64,000 nt of DNA from Kaistella sp. (GTDB lineage Bacteria > Bacteroidota > Bacteroidia > Flavobacteriales > Weeksellaceae): positions 353,834 to 417,833 of the forward strand of contig JAYSFV010000002.1 of the NCBI GenBank assembly GCA_041913105.1, in the 5' to 3' direction. The translations under genes were made by a program, and so were the position numbers. How positions within the stretch are numbered: position 1 is the first letter of the stretch; each line of letters begins with the position of its first letter. The notes beneath the pieces are model-generated. The model was given only the letters and a program-made list of their open reading frames with translations. It had not been told where the DNA came from and searched no databases. Below are positions 1 to 10,033 of this stretch, in pieces.

Positions 1-2486
1 CCAATTAGACCATCTTTACTTTCATTAAGTTTCAATAAAACTGTTTCGCCTTCGCCAAGTTGTTTATTCACCAGCATTTCAGCCAATAAATCTTCAATGT
101 ATTTTTGAATGGCACGCTTCAGTGGTCTGGCACCAAAATCTTTATCCCAACCTTTTTCTGCAATAAAATCTTTCGCTTCGTCGGTAAGTTCAACTTTGTA
201 GTTGAGTTTTTCCAGACGGTTGTATAATTTCTGCAACTCAAGATCAATAATTTTAGTGATATGATCTTTTTCAAGACTGTTGAAGATGACGATATCATCA
301 ATTCTGTTTAAGAACTCAGGCGCAAATGCTTTTTTAAGGGCATTCTCAATCGTGCTTCGAGCTCGTGCATCCGAAGTGGATTTTTTAGCTGAAGTTCCAA
401 ATCCAACACCATCACCAAAATCCTTAAGATCTCTTGTACCAATATTGGAGGTAAGGATGATAATTGTATTTCTAAAGTCAATTTTTCTACCAAGTGAATC
501 GGTTACGAAACCTTCATCCAAAATCTGAAGTAAAATATTGAATACATCCGGATGTGCTTTTTCAATTTCATCGAGGAGCACTACTGCATACGGTTTTCTT
601 CTAACCGCTTCGGTTAATTGCCCACCTTCTTCGTATCCGACATATCCCGGAGGCGCACCAACTAAGCGAGAAACAGCAAATTTCTCCATGTACTCACTCA
701 TGTCAATTCGGATCAATGCTTCATCAGAATCGAAAAGTTCACGAGCCATTACCTTAGCGAGTTCCGTCTTACCGACACCAGTTGTACCTAAGAAAATAAA
801 CGTTCCGATCGGTCGGTTTGGATCTTTCAACCCTGCGCGGTTTCTCTGGATGGCTTTAACAACCTTTTTAACCGCATCTTCCTGACCAATTACTTTTCCG
901 TTCATCATCTGATCCATTCCGGAAAGTTTGTCGAGCTCGTTTTTGCCGACTTTGGTTACCGGGATACCACTCATCATCGAAACAACTTCCGCTACATTTT
1001 CTTCTGTGACGGTTTCCTTCTTCTCTTTTACATCTTTATCCCAGGCTTCTTGCGCAAGATTCAGTTCAATCTGCAAACGCTCTTCTTCATCTTTAAGTTT
1101 TCTTGCCTCAAGGTAATCCTGACGTTTTACAGCTTGCTGTTTTTGGTCTTTAATCTCCTCGATCTGCTTTTCGTACTCAATGATTTCCGTTGGAACTTTC
1201 ATGTTTTTGATATAAACACGCGATCCAGCCTCGTCCATTGCGTCAATTGCTTTATCCGGTAAAAACCGCTCAGTAATGTAGCGTGAAGTTAAATTCACAC
1301 ACGCAGCCAAGGCTTCGGGAGTATAAGTAACATTGTGATGCTCTTCATATTTATCTTTAATCTGATTTAGGATTTGAAGCGTTTCTTCTACCGATGTTGG
1401 CTCAACCATCACCTTTTGGAAACGTCTCTCCAACGCGCCATCTTTCTCAATATACTGGCGGTATTCATCCAATGTAGTTGCTCCGATGCATTGAATCTCA
1501 CCACGAGCAAGCGCTGGTTTAAACATATTGGATGCATCTAAACTTCCAGTAGAGCTTCCTGCGCCAACGATGGTATGCAATTCATCAATAAAAAGGATGA
1601 CGTCACGGTTTTTCTCCAGTTCAGTCATGATCGCTTTCATTCTCTCTTCGAATTGCCCTCTGTACTTTGTTCCGGCGACTAAACTCGCAAGATCCAGAGT
1701 AATAACTCTTTTACCATACAGCACTCGGGATACTTTTTTCTGTTGGATACGTAAAGCAAGTCCTTCCGCGATAGCAGATTTACCAACGCCAGGTTCACCA
1801 ATCAATAACGGATTGTTTTTCTTTCTACGAGATAGGATTTGAGAAACTCTCTCAATTTCTTTTTCACGTCCAATAACAGGATCCAACTTGCCGTCTTTTG
1901 CTAAGGCAGTAAGATCACGCCCAAAATTATCTAAGGTCGGCGTTTTACTTTTACCAGTACCGATGTTTCCGGTAGGCTTGCGCATTTGCCCAAGTTCTTC
2001 ACGGTCGTCATCATCGTCGTATGCGCTCATCTTCGGACTTTGCCCTGAATTCTTAAGCATCGTGCGATACTCTTTGGTAACTCTTTCATAATCAATATCG
2101 TAAGAGCATAAAATACTTGTTGTAGGATCATCAGCTTTATATAACATCCCTAGAAGCAGGTGAACGGTATTGATTTCAGAACTTTGATATTGGCGGCATT
2201 CCAGCTCAGATCTTTTGACTGCCTGGTCTGCCATTTTAGTAAAGGTGATTTTACCACTGTCCGGCGAAAAAGGGTTAATTCCGCTTGTGGACATGGTCTC
2301 TATTTTTCTTCGTATCTGGGTTAAATCCGCACCCAGACTCTGCAAAATATCTTTCGCAGAATTTTCGGTTTTTATCATTCCTAACAGGAAATGCTCAGTA
2401 TTCAAAAACTCGCTTTGCAAGCGTCGAGCTTCATTTTTACTTTGCTGAAAGACCTGATCTAAACCGTTTGAAAATTTATGGTCCAT
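1..2486 (-). CDS. clpC: ATP-dependent Clp protease ATP-binding subunit ClpC (AAA+ chaperone); C-terminus cut by window edge
   Basis: Minus frame is open from ATG 2486-2484 to position 1 with no stop, so it is absent from the ORF track. My translation starts MDHKFSNGLDQVFQQSKNEARRLQSEFLNTEHFLLGMI (Clp_N). It contains a UVR-like KRQDYLEARKLKDEEERL segment and a second Walker A FLGTTGVGKTELAK, and ends ...FGARPLKRAIQKYIEDLLAEM. Confidence 0.9.
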   Translation of the reverse strand, partial: MDHKFSNGLDQVFQQSKNEARRLQSEFLNTEHFLLGMIKTENSAKDILQSLGADLTQIRRKIETMSTSGINPFSPDSGKITFTKMADQAVKRSELECRQYQSSEINTVHLLLGMLYKADDPTTSILCSYDIDYERVTKEYRTMLKNSGQSPKMSAYDDDDDREELGQMRKPTGNIGTGKSKTPTLDNFGRDLTALAKDGKLDPVIGREKEIERVSQILSRRKKNNPLLIGEPGVGKSAIAEGLALRIQQKKVSRVLYGKRVITLDLASLVAGTKYRGQFEERMKAIMTELEKNRDVILFIDELHTIVGAGSSTGSLDASNMFKPALARGEIQCIGATTLDEYRQYIEKDGALERRFQKVMVEPTSVEETLQILNQIKDKYEEHHNVTYTPEALAACVNLTSRYITERFLPDKAIDAMDEAGSRVYIKNMKVPTEIIEYEKQIEEIKDQKQQAVKRQDYLEARKLKDEEERLQIELNLAQEAWDKDVKEKKETVTEENVAEVVSMMSGIPVTKVGKNELDKLSGMDQMMNGKVIGQEDAVKKVVKAIQRNRAGLKDPNRPIGTFIFLGTTGVGKTELAKVMARELFDSDEALIRIDMSEYMEKFAVSRLVGAPPGYVGYEEGGQLTEAVRRKPYAVVLLDEIEKAHPDVFNILLQILDEGFVTDSLGRKIDFRNTIIILTSNIGTRDLKDFGDGVGFGTSAKKSTSDARARSTIENALKKAFAPEFLNRIDDIVIFNSLEKDHITKIIDLELQKLYNRLEKLNYKVELTDEAKDFIAEKGWDKDFGARPLKRAIQKYIEDLLAEMLVNKQLGEGETVLLKLNESKDGLI

Positions 2487-2539
2487 ATTTTTGTTCTCTA
2501 TTTGTTAAACCGGAAAATCAAGGATTTCTCGGTGACAAT

Positions 2540-2547
2540 CAAAGTTA
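2540..2547 (-). promoter_or_regulatory. candidate clpC promoter -7 box
   Basis: Minus strand reads TTTG, 18 nt, then TAACTTTG. This matches the Bacteroidetes -33 TTTG / -7 TAnnTTTG consensus and lies about 50 nt upstream of the clpC ATG. Confidence 0.45.
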
Positions 2548-2616
2548 CAAATACTTTACCAAAAGCAAATAATGACTTTATGGCAGTTAATGTTTTTACA
2601 TCTCATTGAAAATGAT

Positions 2617-2624
2617 TAGGTTTG
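2617..2624 (+). promoter_or_regulatory. candidate -7 box
   Basis: TAGGTTTG lies 17 nt before ATG 2642. Confidence 0.4.
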
Positions 2625-2641
2625 TCTCCATAATTTTTTCT

Positions 2642-2860
2642 ATGAGTCCAGAAATTACCAACTTCATCGGTTATGGCGCATCTTTTTTTGTAGTTTTAAG
2701 TTTTGTGTTGAAAGACATCAAAAAAATTAGAATTGTAAACTTAATTGGCTGTATCCTTTTTGTGATTTACGGTATTTTCAGTGATTATCTATGGCCAATT
2801 ATAATACCGAATGCCATCCTTTGCTTTATTCAACTTTATCATCTCGTTAAAAGAGATTAA
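2642..2860 (+). CDS. small YgjV/PQ-loop-like inner-membrane protein, function unknown
   Basis: ORF track gives 2606..2860. ATG 2642 (MSPEITNFIGYGASFF...) is preferred because the -7 box lies between 2612 and 2642. Two to three hydrophobic helices. Confidence 0.55.
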   Translation: MSPEITNFIGYGASFFVVLSFVLKDIKKIRIVNLIGCILFVIYGIFSDYLWPIIIPNAILCFIQLYHLVKRD

Positions 2861-2869
2861 AACTCAGTG

Positions 2870-3964
2870 ATGAAAGTACTGGTAAGTGTTTTCAACAATC
2901 TTTACACGGATCAACGTGTTGAAAAAGTTTGCCAGACTTTAAAGCAGAATAATTATGAAATCGAACTGATTGGTAACAATTGGGGCGGTGCTCCTAAAAT
3001 GTCGCGAGATTATAGTTATTACCGTATTCAACTAAAATCAAAAATCCTGCGGTATGCTTATATCGAATTTCAGTGGAAACTTTACCGAGAACTGCTAAAA
3101 AAATCTGATAAAAACACCATATTACTAGCCAACGATTTAGATACTTTGTTACCTAATTATCTGGTTTCTAAGAAATTGATGATTCCGCTGGTGTATGACA
3201 GTCATGAAATTTTTACTGAAATGCCTTCGCTTACCGGAAGATGGACTCAGAAAGTTTGGAGGTTGTTGGAATCTCAATTAATTCCGAAAGTGCAATACAT
3301 GATGACAGCCAGTAAGAGTTATTCTACTTGGTATGAGAAAACATATCAGATTAAAAAGCCGGTCACGATACAGAATTTTCCCCTAAAAGCAGTCGGAAAT
3401 TTCGACCATCGAGATAATAATCCAAAAATTATCATGTATCAAGGAGCTTTGAATCCATTTCGTGGGTTGGACTATTTAATTCCAGCCATAAAAGATATTC
3501 CAGATGCAGTTTTGTGGATTGCGGGGCGTGGCCCTCATGAGCAGACATTAATTAAATTGGCAGAACACCACCTAGTGGGAGAAAAAGTAATATTTCTGGG
3601 ACAAAAAACACCTGTGGAACTTAGAGAAATAACACGGCGTGTCGATGTGGGAGTTAGTATTGAGGAAAGTAGAGGATTAAGTTATTATTACTCGATGCCG
3701 AATAAGATATCCGATTATATCCAAGCTAGAGTACCGATTGTGGTCTCAGACTTTCCTGAAATGCGAAGCATTATTAAGAATTATGGTGTTGGGGAAACGA
3801 TTGTAGATTATAGTGAACTTGCCACGAAGATTAAGCAGGTGTTGAATAAAGGGCGTGAAACTTTCCGAGAGCAGTTAGAGGTTGCTGCAGCCGATCTGTG
3901 CTGGGAAAATGAAGAGCAGAAAATCTTAAACTTGTTTGAAAGGGTTAAAAGTAAAAATTACTAA
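2870..3964 (+). CDS. glycosyltransferase, GT4-like (GT-B fold)
   Basis: About 364-aa ORF; ATG 2870 is one codon after GTG 2867. The C-terminal half shows the GT-B nucleotide-sugar binding pattern (GRGPHEQ..., VSIEESRGLSYYYSMPNKISDY). Family assigned by resemblance only. Confidence 0.75.
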   Translation: MKVLVSVFNNLYTDQRVEKVCQTLKQNNYEIELIGNNWGGAPKMSRDYSYYRIQLKSKILRYAYIEFQWKLYRELLKKSDKNTILLANDLDTLLPNYLVSKKLMIPLVYDSHEIFTEMPSLTGRWTQKVWRLLESQLIPKVQYMMTASKSYSTWYEKTYQIKKPVTIQNFPLKAVGNFDHRDNNPKIIMYQGALNPFRGLDYLIPAIKDIPDAVLWIAGRGPHEQTLIKLAEHHLVGEKVIFLGQKTPVELREITRRVDVGVSIEESRGLSYYYSMPNKISDYIQARVPIVVSDFPEMRSIIKNYGVGETIVDYSELATKIKQVLNKGRETFREQLEVAAADLCWENEEQKILNLFERVKSKNY

Positions 3965-3977
3965 AATGCGAAATGCT

Positions 3978-3985
3978 TATCTTTG
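3978..3985 (+). promoter_or_regulatory. candidate -7 box for sufE
   Basis: TATCTTTG lies 19 nt before ATG 4005, just after the upstream stop codon. Confidence 0.4.
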
Positions 3986-4004
3986 CTGAACAGAAATTCT
4001 GAAC

Positions 4005-4424
4005 ATGACGATAAAAGAAAAACAGCAGGAAATTGTAGAAGAATTTGCCTACCTTGAAGATTGGGAACAGAAGTATGAATACATTATCGATCTTGGGAAA
4101 GAATTAAAAGGCTTGCCAGAAGAAAAAAAGACTCCCGAAAATCTTATTAAAGGATGTCAATCTCAAGTTTGGATTGATGCTGAGTTTCGGGATGGTAAAC
4201 TTTTTTTTCAAGCAGATTCGGACGGGATTCTCCCAAAAGGAATTGTTTCTCTTTTGGTGTCCATTTACAGCGGACATTCAACCGATGAGATTCTCAATTC
4301 TGATTTTAATTTCATTTCAGAAATCGGTTTACAGGAGTTTCTTTCGCCCTCGAGAGCCAACGGTCTAATGGCTATGACGAAACAGATTAAATTTTACGCA
4401 GTTGCGTTTCAGCTGAAAAAGTAA
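4005..4424 (+). CDS. sufE: SufE-family sulfur acceptor protein
   Basis: 139 aa with the SufE signature KGCQSQVWIDAEF, including the acceptor Cys. Confidence 0.85.
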   Translation: MTIKEKQQEIVEEFAYLEDWEQKYEYIIDLGKELKGLPEEKKTPENLIKGCQSQVWIDAEFRDGKLFFQADSDGILPKGIVSLLVSIYSGHSTDEILNSDFNFISEIGLQEFLSPSRANGLMAMTKQIKFYAVAFQLKK

Positions 4425-5395
4425 TGACGGTTTTAGCGTATAGATTTTCCGCTTTTGGGGATGTTGCAATGACTGTTCCTGTAATCAGAGAGATATTAGA
4501 GCAAAACCCCGGACTTAACATTATTTTTCTCTCTCGAGAAAATTTTGCCGACCTCTTCCAGGATCTCCCAAATCTTACCTTTAAAGGTGTCGATATTGAA
4601 CAGTACAAAGGTTTTTTCGGCCTCAGACGACTTCAGAAAGAACTTGTGGCGGAGTTTAATCCCGATTGTATTGCAGATTTACACAATGTAATAAGGACAA
4701 AAATCCTGACCAAAATTTTTCGGCGAAAAGGCTTTAAGGTGGAAGTAATAGATAAAGGCAAGTCGGAAAAAGAACACCTCACCAACGTCTGGAATATCGA
4801 AAAAAAGCCTCTAAAGCACACCACTGAACGCTATGCCGATGTTTTTCGTTCGCTTGGTTTTCATATCTCCCTTTCTCATCAATACCGCACCTCAAATATT
4901 GCCAAGGAAGGTATAGGTTTCGCCCCTTTTGCCCAACACGAAGGTAAAATGATGCCTCTGGAAAAATCTTTAGAAATCGTAAGAATCTTAGCTAAAAATC
5001 ACAAAGTCTACTTTTTTGGTGGTGGCAAATCAGAGGTTGAAATCCTTAATACTTGGCAGACACAAGTGCCAAATACTGAAAATTTGGCAGGTAAGCTTTC
5101 TTTGAAAGAAGAACTTTCGAAAATCTCATCCTTGAAAACTATGATTTCAATGGATTCTGCGAATATGCATTTAGCCAGTTTAGTAGGCACTCGCTGTATA
5201 TCCGTATGGGGACAAACGCACCACTACGCAGGATTTTTGGGCTACGGACAGTCGACCGATGATATTGTTCAGGTAAAAGATTTGAGTTGCAGACCTTGTT
5301 CAGTTTTTGGAGATAAGCAATGCTATCGTGGAGACTGGGCATGTTTGCAAGAGATTGATATTCAGCAAGTAATCTCAAAAACACTTAATCTTTAA
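4424..5395 (+). CDS. glycosyltransferase family 9 (heptosyltransferase-like)
   Basis: 323 aa. The ATG shares one nt with the sufE stop (TAATG, 4422-4426). GT9-like N-terminus FSAFGDVAMTVPVI and C-terminal DSANMHLASLVG. Confidence 0.75.
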   Translation: MTVLAYRFSAFGDVAMTVPVIREILEQNPGLNIIFLSRENFADLFQDLPNLTFKGVDIEQYKGFFGLRRLQKELVAEFNPDCIADLHNVIRTKILTKIFRRKGFKVEVIDKGKSEKEHLTNVWNIEKKPLKHTTERYADVFRSLGFHISLSHQYRTSNIAKEGIGFAPFAQHEGKMMPLEKSLEIVRILAKNHKVYFFGGGKSEVEILNTWQTQVPNTENLAGKLSLKEELSKISSLKTMISMDSANMHLASLVGTRCISVWGQTHHYAGFLGYGQSTDDIVQVKDLSCRPCSVFGDKQCYRGDWACLQEIDIQQVISKTLNL

Positions 5396-5404
5396 ATAAG
5401 ATTT

Positions 5405-6487
5405 CTAAAGAAATTTATCTCCCTTTTTTAGAGTTTTAAGATCCTGGATATACTCCTTAATTAATTGGTCGTTTTTTCGGGGACAAATCAACAGCGCCTT
5501 ATCAGAATCTACGATGATATAATCCTCTAACCCATCGATAATTGCTGCTTTATTTTTATTCTTGATATGAATAATATTACCTTTCGTATCGTAAGCTAGA
5601 ATATTCTTCGCATGGATGGCATTTTCTCTATCATCTTTTGCTGAATTTTCATACACAGAAGTCCAAGTTCCTAAATCACTCCAACCCAAATCTGCCGGAA
5701 TTACATAGACGTTATCAGCCTTCTCCATAATGCCATTATCAATTGAAACTTTCGCTACTTTGGGATATATAGTTTCAATACATGTAGCTTCTCCTTCAGT
5801 ATTATATTCGCAGCTTACAAACTGTTGGGACATTTCTTCCAAGTGAAGGTCAAAAGCTTTTAAAATAGATTTTGTACTCCAAATAAAGATACCGGCGTTC
5901 CACAGAAAGTCGCCACTTTCAATAAAACTCTGCGCAATTTCTAAATTTGGTTTTTCGGTAAAGGCTTTTACCTGAAAATATTCAGATTCCTGATTTTCAA
6001 TAAATTGAATGTATCCATAACCTGTGTCAGGACGTGTAGGTGTAATTCCTAAGGTGATTAAATAATCATTTTCTGAAGCAAGTTGGAAAGCTAAATTAAC
6101 TTTCGCCAAAAATGTATTTTCGTTGAGAATTAAATGATCCGCAGGTAAGACGATCATATTTGCCTCAGGATCCTTCGTGGCAATTTTTTTAGCCATGTAA
6201 ATATTACACGCCGCCGTATTTTTCATCATTGGTTCTCCAACGATATTTTCAGGATTTAATTCCGGAAGTTGCTGTTCTGTAAGCGATACATACTCCTGAT
6301 TTGTAATGACATAAATATTTTCTGAAGGCACAATCTTACTTATTCGGTCATAGGTTTGCTGAATCATTGTACGGCCCGTGCCTAAAATGTCCTGAAATTG
6401 TTTGGGATATTTCTGAGTGCTCAATGGCCAGAATCTGCTGCCAATGCCTCCTGCCATAATAACGCAGTAATTGTTTGATTGCGACAT
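5405..6487 (-). CDS. mannose-1-phosphate guanylyltransferase
   Basis: 360 aa with the nucleotidyltransferase loop MAGGIGSRFWPLS. Length fits the stand-alone GMP form. Confidence 0.85.
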   Translation of the reverse strand: MSQSNNYCVIMAGGIGSRFWPLSTQKYPKQFQDILGTGRTMIQQTYDRISKIVPSENIYVITNQEYVSLTEQQLPELNPENIVGEPMMKNTAACNIYMAKKIATKDPEANMIVLPADHLILNENTFLAKVNLAFQLASENDYLITLGITPTRPDTGYGYIQFIENQESEYFQVKAFTEKPNLEIAQSFIESGDFLWNAGIFIWSTKSILKAFDLHLEEMSQQFVSCEYNTEGEATCIETIYPKVAKVSIDNGIMEKADNVYVIPADLGWSDLGTWTSVYENSAKDDRENAIHAKNILAYDTKGNIIHIKNKNKAAIIDGLEDYIIVDSDKALLICPRKNDQLIKEYIQDLKTLKKGDKFL

Positions 6488-6489
6488 AT

Positions 6490-7080
6490 TTACCTTAATT
6501 TTTCCACACGGGCCAACGGCCTAAATGCATATTTTTTTGCATTACTCATGTGGATGCAAAGATAGTTTTTTTTCATCTTTTCCTCAAGCTGATAAGCCTC
6601 ACCCCGATAAGTAAAGCGGTCGCCAGGTACAAGATCTTCAATATAAGAAAGTTCGTCCTGATAGTCGTCAATTTGGAAGTATTTTACGAGTTTAGGACTT
6701 GACATAAAGTTTGCCTTTGGAGATTTTGAGAAATCCTGTATGATACTTTGTAAATCTTGCGGATAAATTTCGAAACTCTCCTCTAACATTAGCCTGAAGG
6801 TGTTCTTCCATTCCGAACCATGAGGTAAGATGCGATGTCCGAATTCTACAAACGCTTTCAGATGCGCTAACTCGTGGGTGAGGACGAAAAAAAATAAAAA
6901 AGGCGGCAGGGTAGAATTGATCGTAATTTTATGAGATCCATCGGGCATTTTCCGGTAATCTCCTAATTTGGTATTTCGGCCTTTGGTCACTTTTATATGA
7001 ATGTGTTCCTCACCAAACCAATTTTTAAGATGGGGCAGTGTATTCTCGGGCAGAAATTTCTCTAAATTCTTAATAGACAT
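6490..7080 (-). CDS. SprT-like zinc metalloprotease-domain protein
   Basis: 196 aa with an HELAHL zincin motif. Starts-to-stop gap of 2 nt with the downstream gene. Confidence 0.7.
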   Translation of the reverse strand: MSIKNLEKFLPENTLPHLKNWFGEEHIHIKVTKGRNTKLGDYRKMPDGSHKITINSTLPPFLFFFVLTHELAHLKAFVEFGHRILPHGSEWKNTFRLMLEESFEIYPQDLQSIIQDFSKSPKANFMSSPKLVKYFQIDDYQDELSYIEDLVPGDRFTYRGEAYQLEEKMKKNYLCIHMSNAKKYAFRPLARVEKLR

Positions 7081-7095
7081 ATCATCAGATAGCCA

Positions 7096-8445
7096 TTACA
7101 GCGTAATCGGAATTCCCGCATAGAAATTCAACAGTTTTAAACTGAATAAATAATTATACTTGGACTGAGCCACCGATCCTTGGGCATTCACGTAATTATT
7201 TCTGGCGATGTTAAGATCATAGACTGTCGAGCGGCCCGCATCAAAGCTTTTTTCTGCAAAATCTAATGCTAATTTTGTACTACGCTCGGCTTCTATGGCT
7301 GCTTGGTAAGCGGCGTAATTACTTTCTGCGTCAAACTGAGCTTGCTGTACATTCTGTAAAACTTGCTGCTTTTGCTGAAGGAGAGAAACTCTCGCTATAT
7401 CTTCGTTGATTTTCGACTGTTGAACCTGCAATTTGGTAATTCCTTTATTAAAAATCGGAATGTTGGCCGATAAACCTAACTGTTGACCGAAGTTATCTTT
7501 GTATTGTTTAAAAAAGCCACTTTCGCGAATCGGATTTCCATTAATGTCGATCCCAGCATAATTGGTTACTAATGAGTTGAAATAAGAAGAACCTATCCCA
7601 GCACTTGCCGTCACCGTCGGCCAAAAAGTTGTTTTTGTAATTTCTGTTTGGACTTCTGCAGATTTTATTCGATTTTCAGCGGCTAAAATCTGTGGTTGAT
7701 TTTGATATGCTTTATCAATGATATTTTCGGCTGTATAAAGTGGCGCATCAAGAATATCGCTCAGAGGAACTTCCTGAACATCAAAGTTTTTATAATCCTC
7801 AAGCTGCAGCAACATCGCCAAAGCAAACAAACTTCGGTTCGTATTGATTTTTGCGGTCGCAACATTCTGTTTTTCGCGTGCAAATCCCGCTTCTGCCTCA
7901 GCTAAAACCGTTTGTGCTGTGGTGCCAACTTCGGTAGTTATTTTTGCACGCTCAAACATTCTTTCCGCATTAGATAATGCGCTCTCTGCTATTTTATAAA
8001 TTTCGCGATTCAGCAATACATTCAAATATTGTTGAGCGATTTGGAGGGAAATATCATTTTTAGTTCTTTCCAAATCAAATTCACTCGCAGCAACTTCATA
8101 TTCGGTTCTTCTAATATTTTTTTCGATTCGGCCATTATTAAATACAAGAATGTCTGCCCCAACACTGGCATTGTTGATGAAGTTGTCGTTGCGATTAGTT
8201 GTCCCAAAAACATCTCGGCCTTGTCCGAAAGATGCACTATTGCTAATACTTCCTCCCACAGAAGGAAGATAGTCACGCTTGGCAATTTCCAGACTGTTGT
8301 TTTGGGTTTTTGTATTTAAATCATTCTGAAGGATCGTGAGATTATTTTCCAAGGCATAGTTAACACAGTCTTGCAAGCTCCATTTCTTTTGAGAAAACAA
8401 AGATGCGTAGAGAATGGCAAAGAAAAAAACTGCGGACTTCTTCAT
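7096..8445 (-). CDS. tolC: TolC-family outer-membrane efflux protein
   Basis: ORF track gives 7096..8481. ATG 8445 yields the signal peptide MKKSAVFFFAILYASLFSQ. Two-repeat OEP architecture. No adjacent pump genes. Confidence 0.8.
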   Translation of the reverse strand: MKKSAVFFFAILYASLFSQKKWSLQDCVNYALENNLTILQNDLNTKTQNNSLEIAKRDYLPSVGGSISNSASFGQGRDVFGTTNRNDNFINNASVGADILVFNNGRIEKNIRRTEYEVAASEFDLERTKNDISLQIAQQYLNVLLNREIYKIAESALSNAERMFERAKITTEVGTTAQTVLAEAEAGFAREKQNVATAKINTNRSLFALAMLLQLEDYKNFDVQEVPLSDILDAPLYTAENIIDKAYQNQPQILAAENRIKSAEVQTEITKTTFWPTVTASAGIGSSYFNSLVTNYAGIDINGNPIRESGFFKQYKDNFGQQLGLSANIPIFNKGITKLQVQQSKINEDIARVSLLQQKQQVLQNVQQAQFDAESNYAAYQAAIEAERSTKLALDFAEKSFDAGRSTVYDLNIARNNYVNAQGSVAQSKYNYLFSLKLLNFYAGIPITL

Positions 8446-8520
8446 GGTTATTTTTTGAAGATAAGACGACGAGATCACCACTTTGTTACAATGTGATTTG
8501 GTATCGTTAGATAAGTTTTA

Positions 8521-8538
8521 GAAAACTGAAAGCTTCAG
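8521..8538 (-). terminator. weak intrinsic terminator after the 8546..9949 gene
   Basis: Minus strand reads CTGAA-GCT-TTCAG followed by TTTTC. Confidence 0.35.
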
Positions 8539-8545
8539 CTTATTT

Positions 8546-9949
8546 TTAGGCAAAGAAAAGATAAGCCAGAATTACAGAGGTAATAATTCCCACTAAATCA
8601 GCCAGCAACATTGCAGTTACAGTATAACGGGTGTTGCGAATGCCTACCGCACCGAAATAAACCGCAATAACATAAAATGTAGTGTCCGAACTTCCCTGGA
8701 GTACAGCTGCAAGACGTCCCTGGAAGCTGTCAGCACCAAAAACCTGCATGGTGTCAACCATCATCCCACGTGCTCCCGAACCAGAAAGAGGTTTGATAAG
8801 GGCTGTAGGCAACCCATCTACAAAACGGGTATCGAAGCCTGCAACGGCAGCCACCCATTTCATTCCGTCAATGATGATATCAAAAACGCCAGAAGTACGT
8901 AACATCGAGATTGCGATTAACATTCCAACGAGATAAGGAATAATTTTCACACAGGTCCAGAAACCTTCTTTCGCACCATCAATAAAGGCATCAAATACAT
9001 TTATTTTTTTGTAAACGCCACCTAAAATAATTGCCAGAAAAATCAAAAGAATAATACCGTTACTCAGCAACATACTGAACTGATCTAAACCATCTTTGGT
9101 AAGACTTACGAGATAAACGACCAATAATCCTACAAGCGCTGAAATCCCTCCAACATACGCTATCACAATAGGTTGCAAAAGGTTGATTTTCTGATAAATG
9201 GATACAATAATCATCGCAGCCATTGTTGCGGCAAAAGTTGCGATCATACAAGGAATAAAGATATCTGTAGGAGTTTGCGAACCCATTGAAGCGCGAATCG
9301 CAATAATAGAAACAGGGATCAGCGTAAGACCACCGGCATGAAGACAAAGAAACATAATCTGCGAATTGCTCGCCCGGTCTTTATCAGGATTTAACGTTTG
9401 AAGACTTTCCATCGCCTTTAGACCAAACGGTGTTGCCGCATTATCCAAGCCAAGAAGGTTGGCAGAAAAATTCAGTAACATATGCCCGAAAGAAGAGTGG
9501 TTTTTCGGAATTTCCGGAAATAACCGGGAGAAAAAAGGCTGAATAAATCGTGATAACAAATTGATCCCGCCAGCTTTTTCAGCAATACTCATGAAACCCA
9601 TAAAGAGCGTCATGATCCCGATAAGTCCAATACATATTTTTACTGCCGTTTCAGAAGTTCCGATAACGCCGTCGGTTTCTTGCACCCGATAAACGTTGAC
9701 TGCAGAAGTTACTGAATCTCTTTTATAATGTATTCGGTTTTGTACATACTCACCCTTTTGAGGTAAATTTTGTTGAATTTCATAGGAGAGAGATTGAGCG
9801 CTTTTAGTAGCAATCTGTACGGTATCCCCGCCTTTACCCACTACCATATCATTGTAGATCGCCTTGTAATTGTCACTAAATAAGTATTTAATACTAGCAA
9901 CTAAAATGGCTACGATAATAAATGCACTCCAGATTCTGCTTAAAACCAT
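8546..9949 (-). CDS. nucleoside-recognition (Gate) domain membrane protein, fused SpmA/SpmB-like
   Basis: 467-aa polytopic membrane protein with a duplicated Gate-domain layout. Confidence 0.7.
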   Translation of the reverse strand: MVLSRIWSAFIIVAILVASIKYLFSDNYKAIYNDMVVGKGGDTVQIATKSAQSLSYEIQQNLPQKGEYVQNRIHYKRDSVTSAVNVYRVQETDGVIGTSETAVKICIGLIGIMTLFMGFMSIAEKAGGINLLSRFIQPFFSRLFPEIPKNHSSFGHMLLNFSANLLGLDNAATPFGLKAMESLQTLNPDKDRASNSQIMFLCLHAGGLTLIPVSIIAIRASMGSQTPTDIFIPCMIATFAATMAAMIIVSIYQKINLLQPIVIAYVGGISALVGLLVVYLVSLTKDGLDQFSMLLSNGIILLIFLAIILGGVYKKINVFDAFIDGAKEGFWTCVKIIPYLVGMLIAISMLRTSGVFDIIIDGMKWVAAVAGFDTRFVDGLPTALIKPLSGSGARGMMVDTMQVFGADSFQGRLAAVLQGSSDTTFYVIAVYFGAVGIRNTRYTVTAMLLADLVGIITSVILAYLFFA

Positions 9950-10033
9950 CGATGAAAATTTCGTTAAAAGTAAATAAAACTTGCGTTATACCTCGTTGCG
10001 AGAGAAAATAAATAAAATACTTCTTAGATATTC

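Noticed and set aside
280-2572. Series of plus-strand ORFs (280..528, 538..885, 928..1116, 1528..1842, 1888..2091, 2215..2572 and others)
   Set aside because: All are antisense or alternative-frame to the long minus-strand clpC frame. Their products are Ser/Phe/Leu-rich low-complexity strings with no motifs. The real gene is missing from the track only because it has no in-window stop.
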